A stretch of 64,000 nucleotides of DNA from an uncultured Candidatus Saccharibacteria bacterium (GTDB lineage: Bacteria > Patescibacteriota > UBA1384 > JAMDBS01 > CAYSHH01), in NCBI GenBank assembly GCA_964430945.1, contig CAYSHH010000005.1:334-64333 (forward strand), given 5' to 3'. The notes below the pieces were generated by a model. That model was not told the DNA's origin and searched no databases. It saw nothing but the letters and a program-made list of their open reading frames with translations. The position numbers were made by a program, and so were the translations under genes. This document shows, one piece after another, positions 19,839 through 29,985 of the stretch; position 1 is the first letter of the stretch; each line of letters starts with the position of its first letter.

Positions 19839-19878
19839 TTAATTTTATAGACCAGTAGAACAAGATACCATGCATAAA

Positions 19879-19910
19879 AAACAGTCGGCCCCTCCTCCGA
19901 CTGTTTTTTA
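19879..19910. terminator. bidirectional terminator
   Basis: aacagtcgg-cccctcct-ccgactgtt with A6 upstream and T6 downstream. Confidence 0.65.
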
Positions 19911-19947
19911 TTGTTAAAAATAATAATCGGTTAGATTAATTATTTTT

Positions 19948-20694
19948 TTACTCACCAATGAATTTCATTAAGTACATAACAAGTATTCCAACGATAAAAA
20001 ATCCAAATGCATACAACGATTTGGTAAGTGATTTCTCTTTACGAATTTCTGGCAGCAAGTCCGATGCCGCAATGTAAATAAAGCCTCCAGCTGCAATTGG
20101 TAAAAGATAAAGCTCAGCATCATATGATGTCGAAGCGATATAGTATCCAACGATGCCACCGACAACTGCAAAAAGTGCAGTTACAAAATTCCAAAAAATA
20201 GCTTTTGTGCGAGTATATCCAGCATGCAAAAGTACACCAAAATCACCTATTTCTTGTGGAATCTCATGAAGCGCAACAGCCAAAGTAGTGCTTATGCCAA
20301 GTGCGGGATTAACAACGAATGAAGCTGCAATAATGAGACCATCGATCAGATTGTGAACTGAATCGCCGATAAGATTCATTGTGCCAAATGTATGAACTTC
20401 GCAATGTTCTTTATGACAATGTCTCCAATGAAGAATTTTTTCAATGAGAAAAAATAAAACAAAAGATACTAGCACCCACGAAAGAACATTGATGTTTGTT
20501 CCCGCTGACTTTTCTATTGCCTCTGGTAAAAGATGAAGAAATGCTCCACCCATAAGTGCACCGGAAGAAAGTCCGACAAGACTAAGTAAAATCTTTTGGA
20601 TAAACTTGTCTTTGAGAGATAGGGTTAAAATTCCGATAAGCGAAATAATGCTAATAAGAAAATTAGCAATAATTATTTGAAATAATATAGTCAT
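19948..20694 (-). CDS. zupT: ZIP-family zinc transporter (ZupT-like)
   Basis: HEIPQEIGDFGVLLHAG matches the ZIP HExPxExGD motif. ~8 TM helices. Confidence 0.8.
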   Translation of the reverse strand: MTILFQIIIANFLISIISLIGILTLSLKDKFIQKILLSLVGLSSGALMGGAFLHLLPEAIEKSAGTNINVLSWVLVSFVLFFLIEKILHWRHCHKEHCEVHTFGTMNLIGDSVHNLIDGLIIAASFVVNPALGISTTLAVALHEIPQEIGDFGVLLHAGYTRTKAIFWNFVTALFAVVGGIVGYYIASTSYDAELYLLPIAAGGFIYIAASDLLPEIRKEKSLTKSLYAFGFFIVGILVMYLMKFIGE

Positions 20695-21275
20695 AATAAA
20701 TTTTTAATTATTTTAAAATCTGTTTTTAGCTCTGGAAGCATATTAACATTATAAGTCGCTACTGCTGGGTGGTAAAGAGGTATGACAACTATTTCCCCAT
20801 GAGGCGCTTGCGCCATATATGATTTACCGTGTATTTTGGAAATGCCTTCGATCTTATCGAGTAAATCAAATTTTTCCATTATGTAGTAGGCAGCAAATCT
20901 TCCTAGAGGACAAACAATTTTTGGTTTAATGATATCTATTTGTTGATCAAGATATGGCACACAAGCAGAAATTTCTTCTGGTCTCGGGTCACGATTCCCT
21001 GGTGGACGATGTTTCACGATATTGGCAATATACACGTCTTCTCGTTTGATGTTAACACTATTTAATAATTCGTTTAGGATATTCCCTGCTCTACCACAGA
21101 AAGGTACTCCTGTTTTATCTTCATTAGCCCCAGGACCTTCTCCAACAAACATAATATCTGCTTCGTGGCTTCCTTGTCCAATGACTGGCATAATAGCTTT
21201 TTTATATAAAACACATTTCTTGCATCGAGCCACTTTATCACGAATCTGCTTCATTTGTTTATAATGTTTTTCCAT
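20691..21275 (-). CDS. uracil-DNA glycosylase, family 4
   Basis: CKKC...GEGPGANEDKTGVPFCGRAGNILNELL matches the UDG4 GEGPG/ED/PF/AG motifs. Start set at MEKHYKQ; the long ORF begins at an upstream GTG. Confidence 0.8.
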   Translation of the reverse strand: MEKHYKQMKQIRDKVARCKKCVLYKKAIMPVIGQGSHEADIMFVGEGPGANEDKTGVPFCGRAGNILNELLNSVNIKREDVYIANIVKHRPPGNRDPRPEEISACVPYLDQQIDIIKPKIVCPLGRFAAYYIMEKFDLLDKIEGISKIHGKSYMAQAPHGEIVVIPLYHPAVATYNVNMLPELKTDFKIIKNLL

Positions 21276-21477
21276 ACTGATATTATAACGAACGTATAAT
21301 GATTTTACTAATTTTGTAAATAGTAATATAATGGTAAATAGGTTGTGGAAAAAGGAGGGCACATGATAAATCCTAGTAGTGATATTTTAGAGCCAACTCT
21401 AAAATAATATTTAGAGAATTTACGAAATAAACGTATAAAGCTGATTTTATGAACAATAACCAGTGATGGTTATTTTT

Positions 21478-22452
21478 TTATTGTTTCTTTCTTCTCCCAT
21501 GAAATGCTCTGTGTACATCACGAAGATGTTCATCAGTCACGTGAGTATATATTTGAGTGGTAGTGATTGAAGAATGTCCTAATAATTTCTGTACGGCCCT
21601 TAAATCTGCGCCAGAACGCAAAAGGTCAGTTCCGAAAGTATGCCTTAGCACGTGTGGAGTAACTTTTTTAGTGATTCCTGCTTGTAAAGAGTACTTCTTA
21701 ATCAGCCTCTGGATAGATCTTGGGGAAAGTCTTTCGGAATTTCTTCTAGTTATCAAGCTATGGTTGATAAATAGCGCTTTATTACTATCATCTCTTTTAG
21801 AGAGATAATCTCTAATTGTTTTTTTAGCACTGGGCGACAGAAAGACAATTCTGGTCTTACCACCCTTACCAACAATCGAAAATTCACCGCGTGTAAGATT
21901 TACTTTTTCTTTATCTAATCCTACCAACTCTGAAACACGTAATCCAGTAGAAAATAGCGTTTCTAGAATTGCTTTATCGCGAAGGCCAGTTACTTTGTTT
22001 AGATCTGGAACATCGAGCAATTTATCAAGCTCTTCTTCTTCAAGAAAATTAATTTCACGCGATTCTTCTTTCCCGAGTTCTATTTTTTCTGAAGCAAGAG
22101 AATTAATATTGTTTTTTGATAGATATTTAAGAAATGCACGAATGGCGATCACATGATAGTTTTGAGTTTTTTTCTTAAGACTTGTGTCAAGACGGTTGAG
22201 ATATACTCTATATTTTTTTATCTTGTCTAGCGAAATGTCTTTAGGTGATTTGATATTGTTTTCTTTTCCCCAAATAGAAAATCTATCAAGATAATGTCTG
22301 TAGTTAATAATAGTTTTTGGAGATTGATTTTTCTCGATTTCAGAATATTCCAAAAAATCTTCAATGCTTTGATCTAATTTTGTACGATTATGTTTAGTCA
22401 TATTTATATTGTACGACATATTTTGAAAATTGTGAATTTCTTTTATTTTCAC
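21478..22452 (-). CDS. tyrosine site-specific recombinase, XerC/XerD family
   Basis: C-terminal HVLRHTFGTDLLRSGADLRAVQKLLGHSSITTTQIYTHV (the R..H..R..Y catalytic box). N-terminal core-binding domain. The true start may be an internal M. Confidence 0.85.
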   Translation of the reverse strand: MKIKEIHNFQNMSYNINMTKHNRTKLDQSIEDFLEYSEIEKNQSPKTIINYRHYLDRFSIWGKENNIKSPKDISLDKIKKYRVYLNRLDTSLKKKTQNYHVIAIRAFLKYLSKNNINSLASEKIELGKEESREINFLEEEELDKLLDVPDLNKVTGLRDKAILETLFSTGLRVSELVGLDKEKVNLTRGEFSIVGKGGKTRIVFLSPSAKKTIRDYLSKRDDSNKALFINHSLITRRNSERLSPRSIQRLIKKYSLQAGITKKVTPHVLRHTFGTDLLRSGADLRAVQKLLGHSSITTTQIYTHVTDEHLRDVHRAFHGRRKKQ

Positions 22453-22469
22453 TCCTTGTGTGTTAGAAT

Positions 22470-23069
22470 TTGTATAAAATGATAAACAACTTATTACAAT
22501 TCGATCAGTCTTTTTTTTATTGGTTTAATAACCTACAAGGTCAAAATTATTTTGTAGATTCTATTACCCATATTTTGGCTGAATATGTAATATACATTAT
22601 TCCTCTGCTACTTTTGGTTTGTTGGTTTATTTATAAGACTGATAAAAACCGTATTGATATGCTGAAGGCAACTATTGTGAGTGTAATTATATGGCAGATA
22701 CCAACGCGAATTATTGCTTGGATATGGTATAGACCACGTCCATACATTGAACTTGGTGGGACAAAAGAACTATTTTTTCATGTACCAAGCTATTCTTTTC
22801 CTTCAGACCACGCTACTTTTTTGGCAGCAATTTCAATGTATTTTTACTTGTTGGGATATAAAAAAGTTGGAACAATTGGCTTTGTTGTAACATTTTTAGT
22901 AAGTATTTCTCGAATAATTGCAGGCCTTCATTATCCAGGAGACGTACTGTTTGGATGGATTCTGGGTATAGGAGGCGCGTGGATAATATTTATAATTTTT
23001 GATAAATATGTTGAAAAATATATCGCTAAACCAATATTCAAAATGGCTAAATTCATTAAGCTAACGTAA
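22470..23069 (+). CDS. PAP2-family lipid phosphatase (undecaprenyl-PP / phosphatidate phosphatase-like)
   Basis: PAP2 motifs YRPRPY, PSDHAT and SRIIAGLHYPGD. 5-6 TM helices. Confidence 0.8.
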   Translation: MYKMINNLLQFDQSFFYWFNNLQGQNYFVDSITHILAEYVIYIIPLLLLVCWFIYKTDKNRIDMLKATIVSVIIWQIPTRIIAWIWYRPRPYIELGGTKELFFHVPSYSFPSDHATFLAAISMYFYLLGYKKVGTIGFVVTFLVSISRIIAGLHYPGDVLFGWILGIGGAWIIFIIFDKYVEKYIAKPIFKMAKFIKLT

Positions 23070-23076
23070 GAAAAAA

Positions 23077-23547
23077 ATGAATACAATATTTTATACAATT
23101 TTACTTGCAGCAGCTCCCATATCAGAGCTTCGTGGCGCAATTCCTTATGCGATAAGCCAAGGAATAACGTGGCAGAGCGCATTTTTCTGGGGTGTTATTG
23201 GAAACATGATTCCCGTATTTTTTATACTTTGGCTCTTAGATCCTGTATCAAAATGGCTTAGCAAAAATTTCAAAATATTTGACAAGTTTTTTAAATGGCT
23301 TTTCCATTATACCCGTTCAAAACATGCAAGCAAGATTGAGAAATATCAGGAGCTTGCTCTAATAGTTTTAGTGGCCATACCTCTTCCGATGACTGGGGCA
23401 TGGACTGGAAGCCTGGTAGCGTTTCTTTTCGGTTTGTCATATAAAAAATCCCTTCCTCTTATTTTTATTGGAGTGTTAATCGCCGGTGCGATAGTTACTC
23501 TAGTAAGTATGGGGGCACTAAATATCGGTATCTTTGTCAAACATTAG
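23077..23547 (+). CDS. small polytopic membrane protein, hypothetical
   Basis: 156 aa with 4 TM helices. 8 bp after the PAP2 gene. Confidence 0.5.
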   Translation: MNTIFYTILLAAAPISELRGAIPYAISQGITWQSAFFWGVIGNMIPVFFILWLLDPVSKWLSKNFKIFDKFFKWLFHYTRSKHASKIEKYQELALIVLVAIPLPMTGAWTGSLVAFLFGLSYKKSLPLIFIGVLIAGAIVTLVSMGALNIGIFVKH

Positions 23548-23677
23548 TAGTTAGTCATAAAGGCAAATAACTAATTAAATATCAAATAGAAACAAATCAA
23601 TCTTCATGATCTGACTATCTACAGTCGGAATTGTAGTAATTGATGCACAAGATCTATGAAAGGATAACCCTTAAATA

Positions 23678-24940
23678 ATGATAAACTATCAAAAGAAAAA
23701 ACTAAAGAATGGTCTTAGAGTAATCTACGTACCAATAAAACAAATAAATGCAGTAACTTGCCTTTTTTTGGTAAATTCTGGTTCGCGTTATGAAACAAAA
23801 CAAGAAAATGGGATATCCCATTTTTTAGAACATATGTTTTTTAAAGGCACAAAAAAACGTCCAAATACACAAAAAATTGCACACGAACTTGATTCTATTG
23901 GCGCAAGTTACAATGCATTTACCGCTGAAGAATATACGGGATTCTATATAAAATGTGCAAAAACAAAGATAAGTATATCCTTGGATATTTTGGCGGATAT
24001 GCTTTCAAATTCACTATTTGTAAAGGAAGAAATTGAGAAGGAAAAAGGCGTAATAGTCGAGGAAATCAATATGTACGAAGATCTACCTCAAAAACAAATT
24101 TCCGATATAACTAAATATCATCTTTACGGAAATACCCCACTAGGTAGAAGTACCCTTGGTACAAAAAAAATTGTAAAATCATTTGACAGAAATAATTTTA
24201 CAAACTACTTGCAAGATCACTATACTTCAGCAAATTCCATATTGGTTATTGCTGGATCATACGATGATAAAAAAACCAAAAAATTAGTCAACGAATTATT
24301 CTCTGGTTTTAATAAAAATAAGTCTCCAAAGTATGAAACTGCACGCAAAATACCTGATGAAAAATCAGTATGTTTAAAATATAAAAAAACCGACCAAGCG
24401 CATATTACTTTGAGTCAACCAGCTTTTTCTAGACATGACAAAAACAGGTATGTATTGAAAATTATTGATAATATTTTAGGTGAAACTATGAGTTCGCGTC
24501 TTTTTACCGAGGTAAGAGAGAAAAGAGGCCTTGCTTATTATGTAGGGTCGGATACGTGGTATTTTGATGATACTGGCTCGGTGGTTTCCTATGCTGGGGT
24601 GGATCCCAGTAGAATTGAAGAGGCTATTAAAGTCATTGGGGAACAATTGTCCAAGTTGACTCAAAATTCAATAACTCCACAAGAAATTAAGAAAGCCAAG
24701 GACAATATAGAAGGCCGAATGTATTTAGGCCTTGAAGATTCATTCTCAGTAGCTGAGTTTTTTGCAGAACAAGAACTTCTATTTGGTGAGATAAAAACAC
24801 CGACAGAAATTATTAATAATATTAAGAAAATTGATGCTGACGCAATAGATAAAATTGGAAATGATATCTTCAAGAAAAAAATTAAACTATCAATTATTGG
24901 TCCATACAAGAATAAAGACAAATTTTTGAAATTAATATAG
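23678..24940 (+). CDS. M16-family zinc metallopeptidase (insulinase-like)
   Basis: Inverted zinc motif HFLEH and a downstream conserved E. Confidence 0.85.
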   Translation: MINYQKKKLKNGLRVIYVPIKQINAVTCLFLVNSGSRYETKQENGISHFLEHMFFKGTKKRPNTQKIAHELDSIGASYNAFTAEEYTGFYIKCAKTKISISLDILADMLSNSLFVKEEIEKEKGVIVEEINMYEDLPQKQISDITKYHLYGNTPLGRSTLGTKKIVKSFDRNNFTNYLQDHYTSANSILVIAGSYDDKKTKKLVNELFSGFNKNKSPKYETARKIPDEKSVCLKYKKTDQAHITLSQPAFSRHDKNRYVLKIIDNILGETMSSRLFTEVREKRGLAYYVGSDTWYFDDTGSVVSYAGVDPSRIEEAIKVIGEQLSKLTQNSITPQEIKKAKDNIEGRMYLGLEDSFSVAEFFAEQELLFGEIKTPTEIINNIKKIDADAIDKIGNDIFKKKIKLSIIGPYKNKDKFLKLI

Positions 24941-24950
24941 AAAGGCTTAT

Positions 24951-25541
24951 ATGAAATACGAACGTACAGTGATTGCAATTAAACCAGATGGCGTACAAAG
25001 AGGACTTATTGGTGAAATAATATCACGCTTTGAAAAGGCTGGTATGAAATTGGTGGCTGCGAAACTTATTGCACCAACCAAAAAACAAGTGCACGAACAT
25101 TATTATTCGGAAGAGTGGCTTATTTCTACAGGTACAAAAACTATTGAAAGCTATGCTAAAAAAGGAGTAAAAATTAAGAAGACTCCTAAAGAAGTTGGAA
25201 AAATAACATTAAGCAATCTTACAAACTATTTATCTGACAGACCTATTATGTTTATGATTTGGGAAGGCCCTGGGGTTGTAGAAATAGGTAGAAAAATTAT
25301 AGGCCATACTGCACCAGAGCTAGCAGATGTTGGTTCAATAAGAGGTGATTATTCGCTTGAATCATATGATATGGCAGATGAGCTAGAACGATCAATTTAT
25401 AATCTTACTCATGCCTCAGGATCTATTGAAGACGCAGAAAAAGAGATGAAGCTTTGGTTTAGTAAGGATGAAATTCTAGAATATGATTTATTTATTGAAG
25501 AGCTGATACATAATAAAAATTGGGGAAAAATAAAAAAATAA
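24951..25541 (+). CDS. ndk: nucleoside diphosphate kinase, with a ~40-aa internal insertion
   Basis: IAIKPDGVQRGLIGEIISRFE and active-site NLTHASGS. 196 aa versus the usual ~140. Confidence 0.85.
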   Translation: MKYERTVIAIKPDGVQRGLIGEIISRFEKAGMKLVAAKLIAPTKKQVHEHYYSEEWLISTGTKTIESYAKKGVKIKKTPKEVGKITLSNLTNYLSDRPIMFMIWEGPGVVEIGRKIIGHTAPELADVGSIRGDYSLESYDMADELERSIYNLTHASGSIEDAEKEMKLWFSKDEILEYDLFIEELIHNKNWGKIKK

Positions 25542-25586
25542 GTTATTGGTCTAAAGCGCCAATAAGTAATTGCTAATTTATAAAAT

Positions 25587-26645
25587 ATGAATTACATAAT
25601 TGTTTTTACAGTTTCACTGTTTGTTTCTTTACTAGTCACAAAGTTAGTAAAAGATTATGCAATTAAAAATAAAGTTGCTCTTGCGATACCTCGAACTAGA
25701 GACGTACACAAAAAACCAATATCCCGTATCGGCGGGGTAGCAATATTCATATCTTTCTGGATAATTGTTATAGGAATTCTGATATTAAATCTGGATAATC
25801 TTCATTTTATTGAGAATAAAATTGTAGGCATCGATAAAAATTTATTTGGTCTTTTTGTAGCAAGTTTAATCTGGTTTATTGCTGGAATTATAGATGATAC
25901 TCGAGGACTCAAGCCCTGGATCAAACTTTTAGTTCAATTACTTTGCGGGATACTGATCGTAAGTTTTGGCATACAAATATGGTGGTTATCAAACCCGCTT
26001 GGTGGACTAGATATCACGCTTGGTGGTTGGACATACGTTATCGTACCACTTTGGATATTGCTCCTAATGAATGTAATAAACTGGTTTGATGGCGTCGACG
26101 GACTAGCGCCGAGTGTGTCAATAATCACATTAGTAGTTCTCTTCCTACTGGCAATAGATCCAGGGGTAAATCAACCTGCCACTGCACTACTTTGCGTAAT
26201 ACTTGCCGGTGTTGTAACTGGGTTCATACCATCGAATTGGAATCCAGCAAAAATATTCCTGGGTGACACGGGTAGTGGTTTTTTGGGACTAATGCTCGCT
26301 ACTTTTGCGATTATTTCTGGGGCAAAATTAGCTACCGCGTTTTTAGTACTTGGTATTCCAATCATGGACGCCTTAATCGTTATATTCGGTCGGATTAAAC
26401 ATAAGAAATCAGTATTTTCGGCTGACAAAAGTCATCTCCATCATAGATTTCTAGAAGCTGGATTTAGCGTGAAACAAACTGTTATATTTCTATCGGTTGT
26501 ATCAATCCTTTTTGGTATTATTGCTTTGAGGTCACAAACAGAGGGAAAATTTCAAGCCATTTTGTGGCTTGTAGCACTTATGGGTATAATATTATTAGCA
26601 CTTAGTTTTATCAAAAAAAGAAAGATGAAAAATGAACAAAGATAA
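25587..26645 (+). CDS. polyprenyl-phosphate N-acetylhexosamine-1-phosphate transferase (WecA/TagO/MraY superfamily)
   Basis: GIIDDTRGL, NVINWFDGVDGLA and SHLHHRF motifs. ~10 TM helices. Confidence 0.8.
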   Translation: MNYIIVFTVSLFVSLLVTKLVKDYAIKNKVALAIPRTRDVHKKPISRIGGVAIFISFWIIVIGILILNLDNLHFIENKIVGIDKNLFGLFVASLIWFIAGIIDDTRGLKPWIKLLVQLLCGILIVSFGIQIWWLSNPLGGLDITLGGWTYVIVPLWILLLMNVINWFDGVDGLAPSVSIITLVVLFLLAIDPGVNQPATALLCVILAGVVTGFIPSNWNPAKIFLGDTGSGFLGLMLATFAIISGAKLATAFLVLGIPIMDALIVIFGRIKHKKSVFSADKSHLHHRFLEAGFSVKQTVIFLSVVSILFGIIALRSQTEGKFQAILWLVALMGIILLALSFIKKRKMKNEQR

Positions 26646-26725
26646 TAAATTTGCGAAAATAGTAATCTATATCATAATTAGCATGTTTATATTTGGCATG
26701 TTGATAGCTCCATTTCTAAGATAAA

Positions 26726-27301
26726 ATGAAAAAAGAAAATCAATCTATTGAAAATCTAGAAGAATTTGAGAACGAAGAAGTTGCCTTGGTAATAAAACAA
26801 AGCCCAAGTTTTTTTGGACGAGTCTTCATAATGGTCTTGTTGGCGATAATAATAATTTTTGCTTGTTTTTATTTTTGGGGTGCTAGCGCGGTCACTTCAT
26901 ATGCTATAATTATCGCGATGGCAATCATCGGATATTATTTTGCATACTATTATTATCTGTGGTCACACACCATGTATATACTGACAAATGAAAGGATTGT
27001 TGCTCAAAAACAAACAGGATGGTTTGCAAAGATAATGGATGAGACAAATCTTGACAACATTCGCTTCGTTTCACACTCAGTAAATGGTATCAGTCAACAT
27101 ATATTAAATACTGGAAATGTTTTTATACGAAGTTCAGTAGCCGAAGAAGGTGGGCTTAAAATGGAAAATATAGCTAGTCCCTACGAGATACAAAAAAAGA
27201 TAGTTGCAACTCAAAAAAAATATTCTGGAAAAACAGCTGAGAGTATGAGTGAGAAAGAATTTATAAAAGAGGTAAAAAGAAAAGGACCAGTAATAAGATA
27301 A
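26726..27301 (+). CDS. membrane protein with a bacterial PH-like (YdbS/DUF304-type) domain
   Basis: Two N-terminal TM helices, then a ~100-aa cytoplasmic domain of the bPH type. Confidence 0.45.
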   Translation: MKKENQSIENLEEFENEEVALVIKQSPSFFGRVFIMVLLAIIIIFACFYFWGASAVTSYAIIIAMAIIGYYFAYYYYLWSHTMYILTNERIVAQKQTGWFAKIMDETNLDNIRFVSHSVNGISQHILNTGNVFIRSSVAEEGGLKMENIASPYEIQKKIVATQKKYSGKTAESMSEKEFIKEVKRKGPVIR

Positions 27302-27330
27302 AATTAATAATTAATAATATAAGGAGTTTT

Positions 27331-27888
27331 ATGCAAACACCACAAAATATCGTAAGAGCAATTGCCGGTGAAAGTATGGCAAGAAACAAATACACATTTT
27401 TTGCTTCCAAAGCCAAGAAGGAAGGATATGAGCAGATTTCAGCAATATTTTTGGAAACTGCTGACAATGAAAAAGAGCATGCCAAAAGACTCATGAAGCT
27501 TTTGAAGAAAAACACTGATTCATCACTAGAAAAATTTGATTTTCCGATAGTGAAAAATACTTATGAAAATCTTTTAGCTGCAGCCGCAGGTGAGAAATAT
27601 GAGCACACTGTTATGTATCCAAAATTCGCTAAAATTGCTAAAAAAGAAGGCCTCAAAGAAGCTGAAAAAGTATTTACTGAAATTTCTGAAGTTGAGGAAA
27701 ATCATGAGGCAAGATATATGAAACTGGCTAAAAATTTAAAAGAAGGTAAAATATTTAAAAGCGATAAAGAAGTTTATTGGAAATGTAGAAATTGCGGATA
27801 TATTCACAAGGGAAAAACTGCCCCAAAAATTTGCCCGGCGTGTGCTCATCCTCAAGCATATTATGAGCTAAATTGTAAAAATTATTAG
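27331..27888 (+). CDS. rbr: rubrerythrin
   Basis: Ferritin-like diiron E..H motifs plus a C-terminal rubredoxin-like CRNC...CPAC. Confidence 0.88.
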   Translation: MQTPQNIVRAIAGESMARNKYTFFASKAKKEGYEQISAIFLETADNEKEHAKRLMKLLKKNTDSSLEKFDFPIVKNTYENLLAAAAGEKYEHTVMYPKFAKIAKKEGLKEAEKVFTEISEVEENHEARYMKLAKNLKEGKIFKSDKEVYWKCRNCGYIHKGKTAPKICPACAHPQAYYELNCKNY

Positions 27889-27918
27889 TATTAACTTGTA
27901 ACAATTTGACAATTTTAA

Positions 27919-27945
27919 AACGGGACATATAGTCCCGTTTTTTTG
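27919..27945. terminator. bidirectional terminator
   Basis: acgggacatatagtcccgt followed by T7. Confidence 0.65.
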
Positions 27946-27950
27946 CTTGA

Positions 27951-28043
27951 TTATAAATAAGTTGCAATGATCATCCCGACCAATGCCAATATAATGGCGA
28001 CTACGGCAAAAAACAATTCTTTTATATCATTATTAATTTTCAT
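27951..28043 (-). CDS. 30-aa hydrophobic peptide (not in the ORF track)
   Basis: Reads MKINNDIKELFFAVVAIILALVGMIIATYL. RBS AAGGGGG sits 9 nt upstream of the ATG and overlaps the stop of the 131-aa gene. Confidence 0.4.
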   Translation of the reverse strand: MKINNDIKELFFAVVAIILALVGMIIATYL

Positions 28044-28059
28044 TTTTTTAACCCCCTTT

Positions 28060-28455
28060 TTAATAAAATGGCCCAAAACAGTCAAATACTGTTTGCCAGA
28101 AATATTCCAAAAAAGAAGTTTTTTTATTTCTCTTTATAACAGAATGCATCTCCATTGAAAACTCTTTATATGTAAAAAATTTATATCTTGTTTTTTCGGT
28201 ATCAGTGAACGACATACTAAAGTATTTTTCCAATAAGAGATATAATTTGTTCGTATTCACATACTTCCAAATTTCCTCAGGAGTGTCTATTTTTTGGAAA
28301 AGATTACTACTTAGCTTATGTGTATCGATTACTAGATATAGGAACGTTTTTATACTATTGAGTATTTGTACGGTTATTTCTTTTGATCTAAGTATTTCAC
28401 TTTTCAGCGCATTGGCTTCCGAGACAATAATCTCATCTAGCTGAATGTTTTTCAT
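28060..28455 (-). CDS. hypothetical cytoplasmic protein
   Basis: 131 aa. RBS AAGGAG 8 nt upstream of ATG 28455. Confidence 0.55.
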   Translation of the reverse strand: MKNIQLDEIIVSEANALKSEILRSKEITVQILNSIKTFLYLVIDTHKLSSNLFQKIDTPEEIWKYVNTNKLYLLLEKYFSMSFTDTEKTRYKFFTYKEFSMEMHSVIKRNKKTSFLEYFWQTVFDCFGPFY

Positions 28456-28592
28456 GTCATTCGCTCCTTTTTTTAAAGATCTTATTTGACAAATGATATT
28501 ACCAAATTATCGTTTATTGGTCAACACTCAAAAAATGTAATATTATTAAGAAGGTATTTTAGTACCAAAAAAATTAGCTTGAGGTGATGGAA

Positions 28593-29039
28593 ATGATTAC
28601 TAATCAAGAACAAGATGATGTTCTACGGGGAACAATAATTGCTGTTGCGCTAATATTTATTTTTTGTGGTTTCGTCAAGGCAAAAAAGAAATTTGATATC
28701 GGTGATCTCGATGAAGGACTGACGCTAGTCCAAAATGTCGAGATCTATGAGACTGGTGTTTATAGGCTGGCTGATGATAATGACCAGCCGATAGATGGCG
28801 CTGAGGTGATTATGAGAATCAACGATCACCTAAGTAGGAGGTTTATGACTAACAAAGAGGGGGAATATTTTCCCCAAATGTTGCCAGAAGGTAACATTGT
28901 AAAAATAGAAATTAAATTCAAAGGTAAAAAATTTACGACCGAATTCGAAAGACCCAGTGAATCAGCTGGGATCAAGACAATATTACCAATAATAATAAAG
29001 AAAAACACGCAGGCGCTAAACGCGCCTGCATTTAATTAA
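28593..29039 (+). CDS. N-terminally anchored hypothetical protein
   Basis: RBS GAGGTG 6 nt upstream. One TM helix, then a ~110-aa extracytoplasmic domain. A terminator hairpin gcaggcgctaaacgcgcctgc overlaps the stop. Confidence 0.5.
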   Translation: MITNQEQDDVLRGTIIAVALIFIFCGFVKAKKKFDIGDLDEGLTLVQNVEIYETGVYRLADDNDQPIDGAEVIMRINDHLSRRFMTNKEGEYFPQMLPEGNIVKIEIKFKGKKFTTEFERPSESAGIKTILPIIIKKNTQALNAPAFN

Positions 29040-29057
29040 CAATTAAAAACTAAAGCT

Positions 29058-29966
29058 TTATTTGAGATACTCACCTACAGAAATTGCGGCTTTCGCAGCA
29101 TCACCGCAAGCGATAATGGCTTGCTTATAAAGTCCATCGGTTACATCACCTGCAGCATATATACCTTCTACGCTAGTAGCCTGGGTTTTTTGATCAACGA
29201 CAATTTCGCCAAATTTATTTTTTTTGATTTCAACTGGTGCAAAATCAGATACAACCTCCCAGCCAATTTCTACAAACACACCCTGAGCGTCCAATGTGTT
29301 CACTTTGTTTGTAAGGCGGTCAATATATACGAGTGAATCAAGACTATCCTTACCTTTTATTTCTTTTACTTGAGCATTGGTGATCAATGTGACGTTGGGA
29401 TTTTTTCTAAGAATTTCTTGCGTCTTTAAGTCTCCTTTCATAGATTCTAGATATTCCAAAACATATATTTTCTCGGCATACTTAGTTAACTCCACAGCTG
29501 CATCAAGTCCCGAATTTCCTCCACCGATTACCACGACATCTTTATTGCGAAACATCGCTGCGTCACAAGTTGCACAATAGGCGACACCTTTTCCTAAAAA
29601 TTTGTCTTCCCCTGTCACTCCGAGCTTGCGGGGTTTTTTACCTGAAGCAATAATCACAGATTTAGAATTGTATTTATTTTTATCAGTAATAATTTCAAAA
29701 TTTTTATCTGATTTTTTATTGATTGATTGGACTTCTTCCCCTTCATTGATTTGTGCACCTAAAGATTCTGATTGCTCGCGCATTTTCATAATAAGCTCAA
29801 CCCCAAGAATTTTTTTGTATCCTGGATAGTTTTCAATCTCCGATGCCATAGCAGTCTGACCACCAAATTTTTTAGTAAGAATAAGTGTTTTTAACATTTT
29901 TCTGGCTGTATAGATGGCCCCTGAAAAAGTAGCTGACCCGCCACCGATAATAATTACATCGTACAT
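29058..29966 (-). CDS. trxB: thioredoxin-disulfide reductase
   Basis: FAD motif IIGGGSA, redox-active CATCD, NADPH motif VIGGGNSG. Confidence 0.92.
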   Translation of the reverse strand: MYDVIIIGGGSATFSGAIYTARKMLKTLILTKKFGGQTAMASEIENYPGYKKILGVELIMKMREQSESLGAQINEGEEVQSINKKSDKNFEIITDKNKYNSKSVIIASGKKPRKLGVTGEDKFLGKGVAYCATCDAAMFRNKDVVVIGGGNSGLDAAVELTKYAEKIYVLEYLESMKGDLKTQEILRKNPNVTLITNAQVKEIKGKDSLDSLVYIDRLTNKVNTLDAQGVFVEIGWEVVSDFAPVEIKKNKFGEIVVDQKTQATSVEGIYAAGDVTDGLYKQAIIACGDAAKAAISVGEYLK

Positions 29967-29985
29967 ATCGTCCTCACTAATCTAA

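Noticed and set aside
21363-21407. 14-aa ORF (MINPSSDILEPTLK) behind a very strong AAAGGAGGG Shine-Dalgarno
   Set aside because: It is too short and has no hydrophobic or conserved character. The SD-like run is most likely coincidental. It is recorded only because of the RBS quality.
21478-22452. Integrase as the edge of a mobile element
   Set aside because: I found no flanking direct repeats, no tRNA at the boundary, and no phage or plasmid genes nearby. The N-terminal core-binding and C-terminal catalytic boxes look like a chromosomal XerC/D-type dimer-resolution recombinase.
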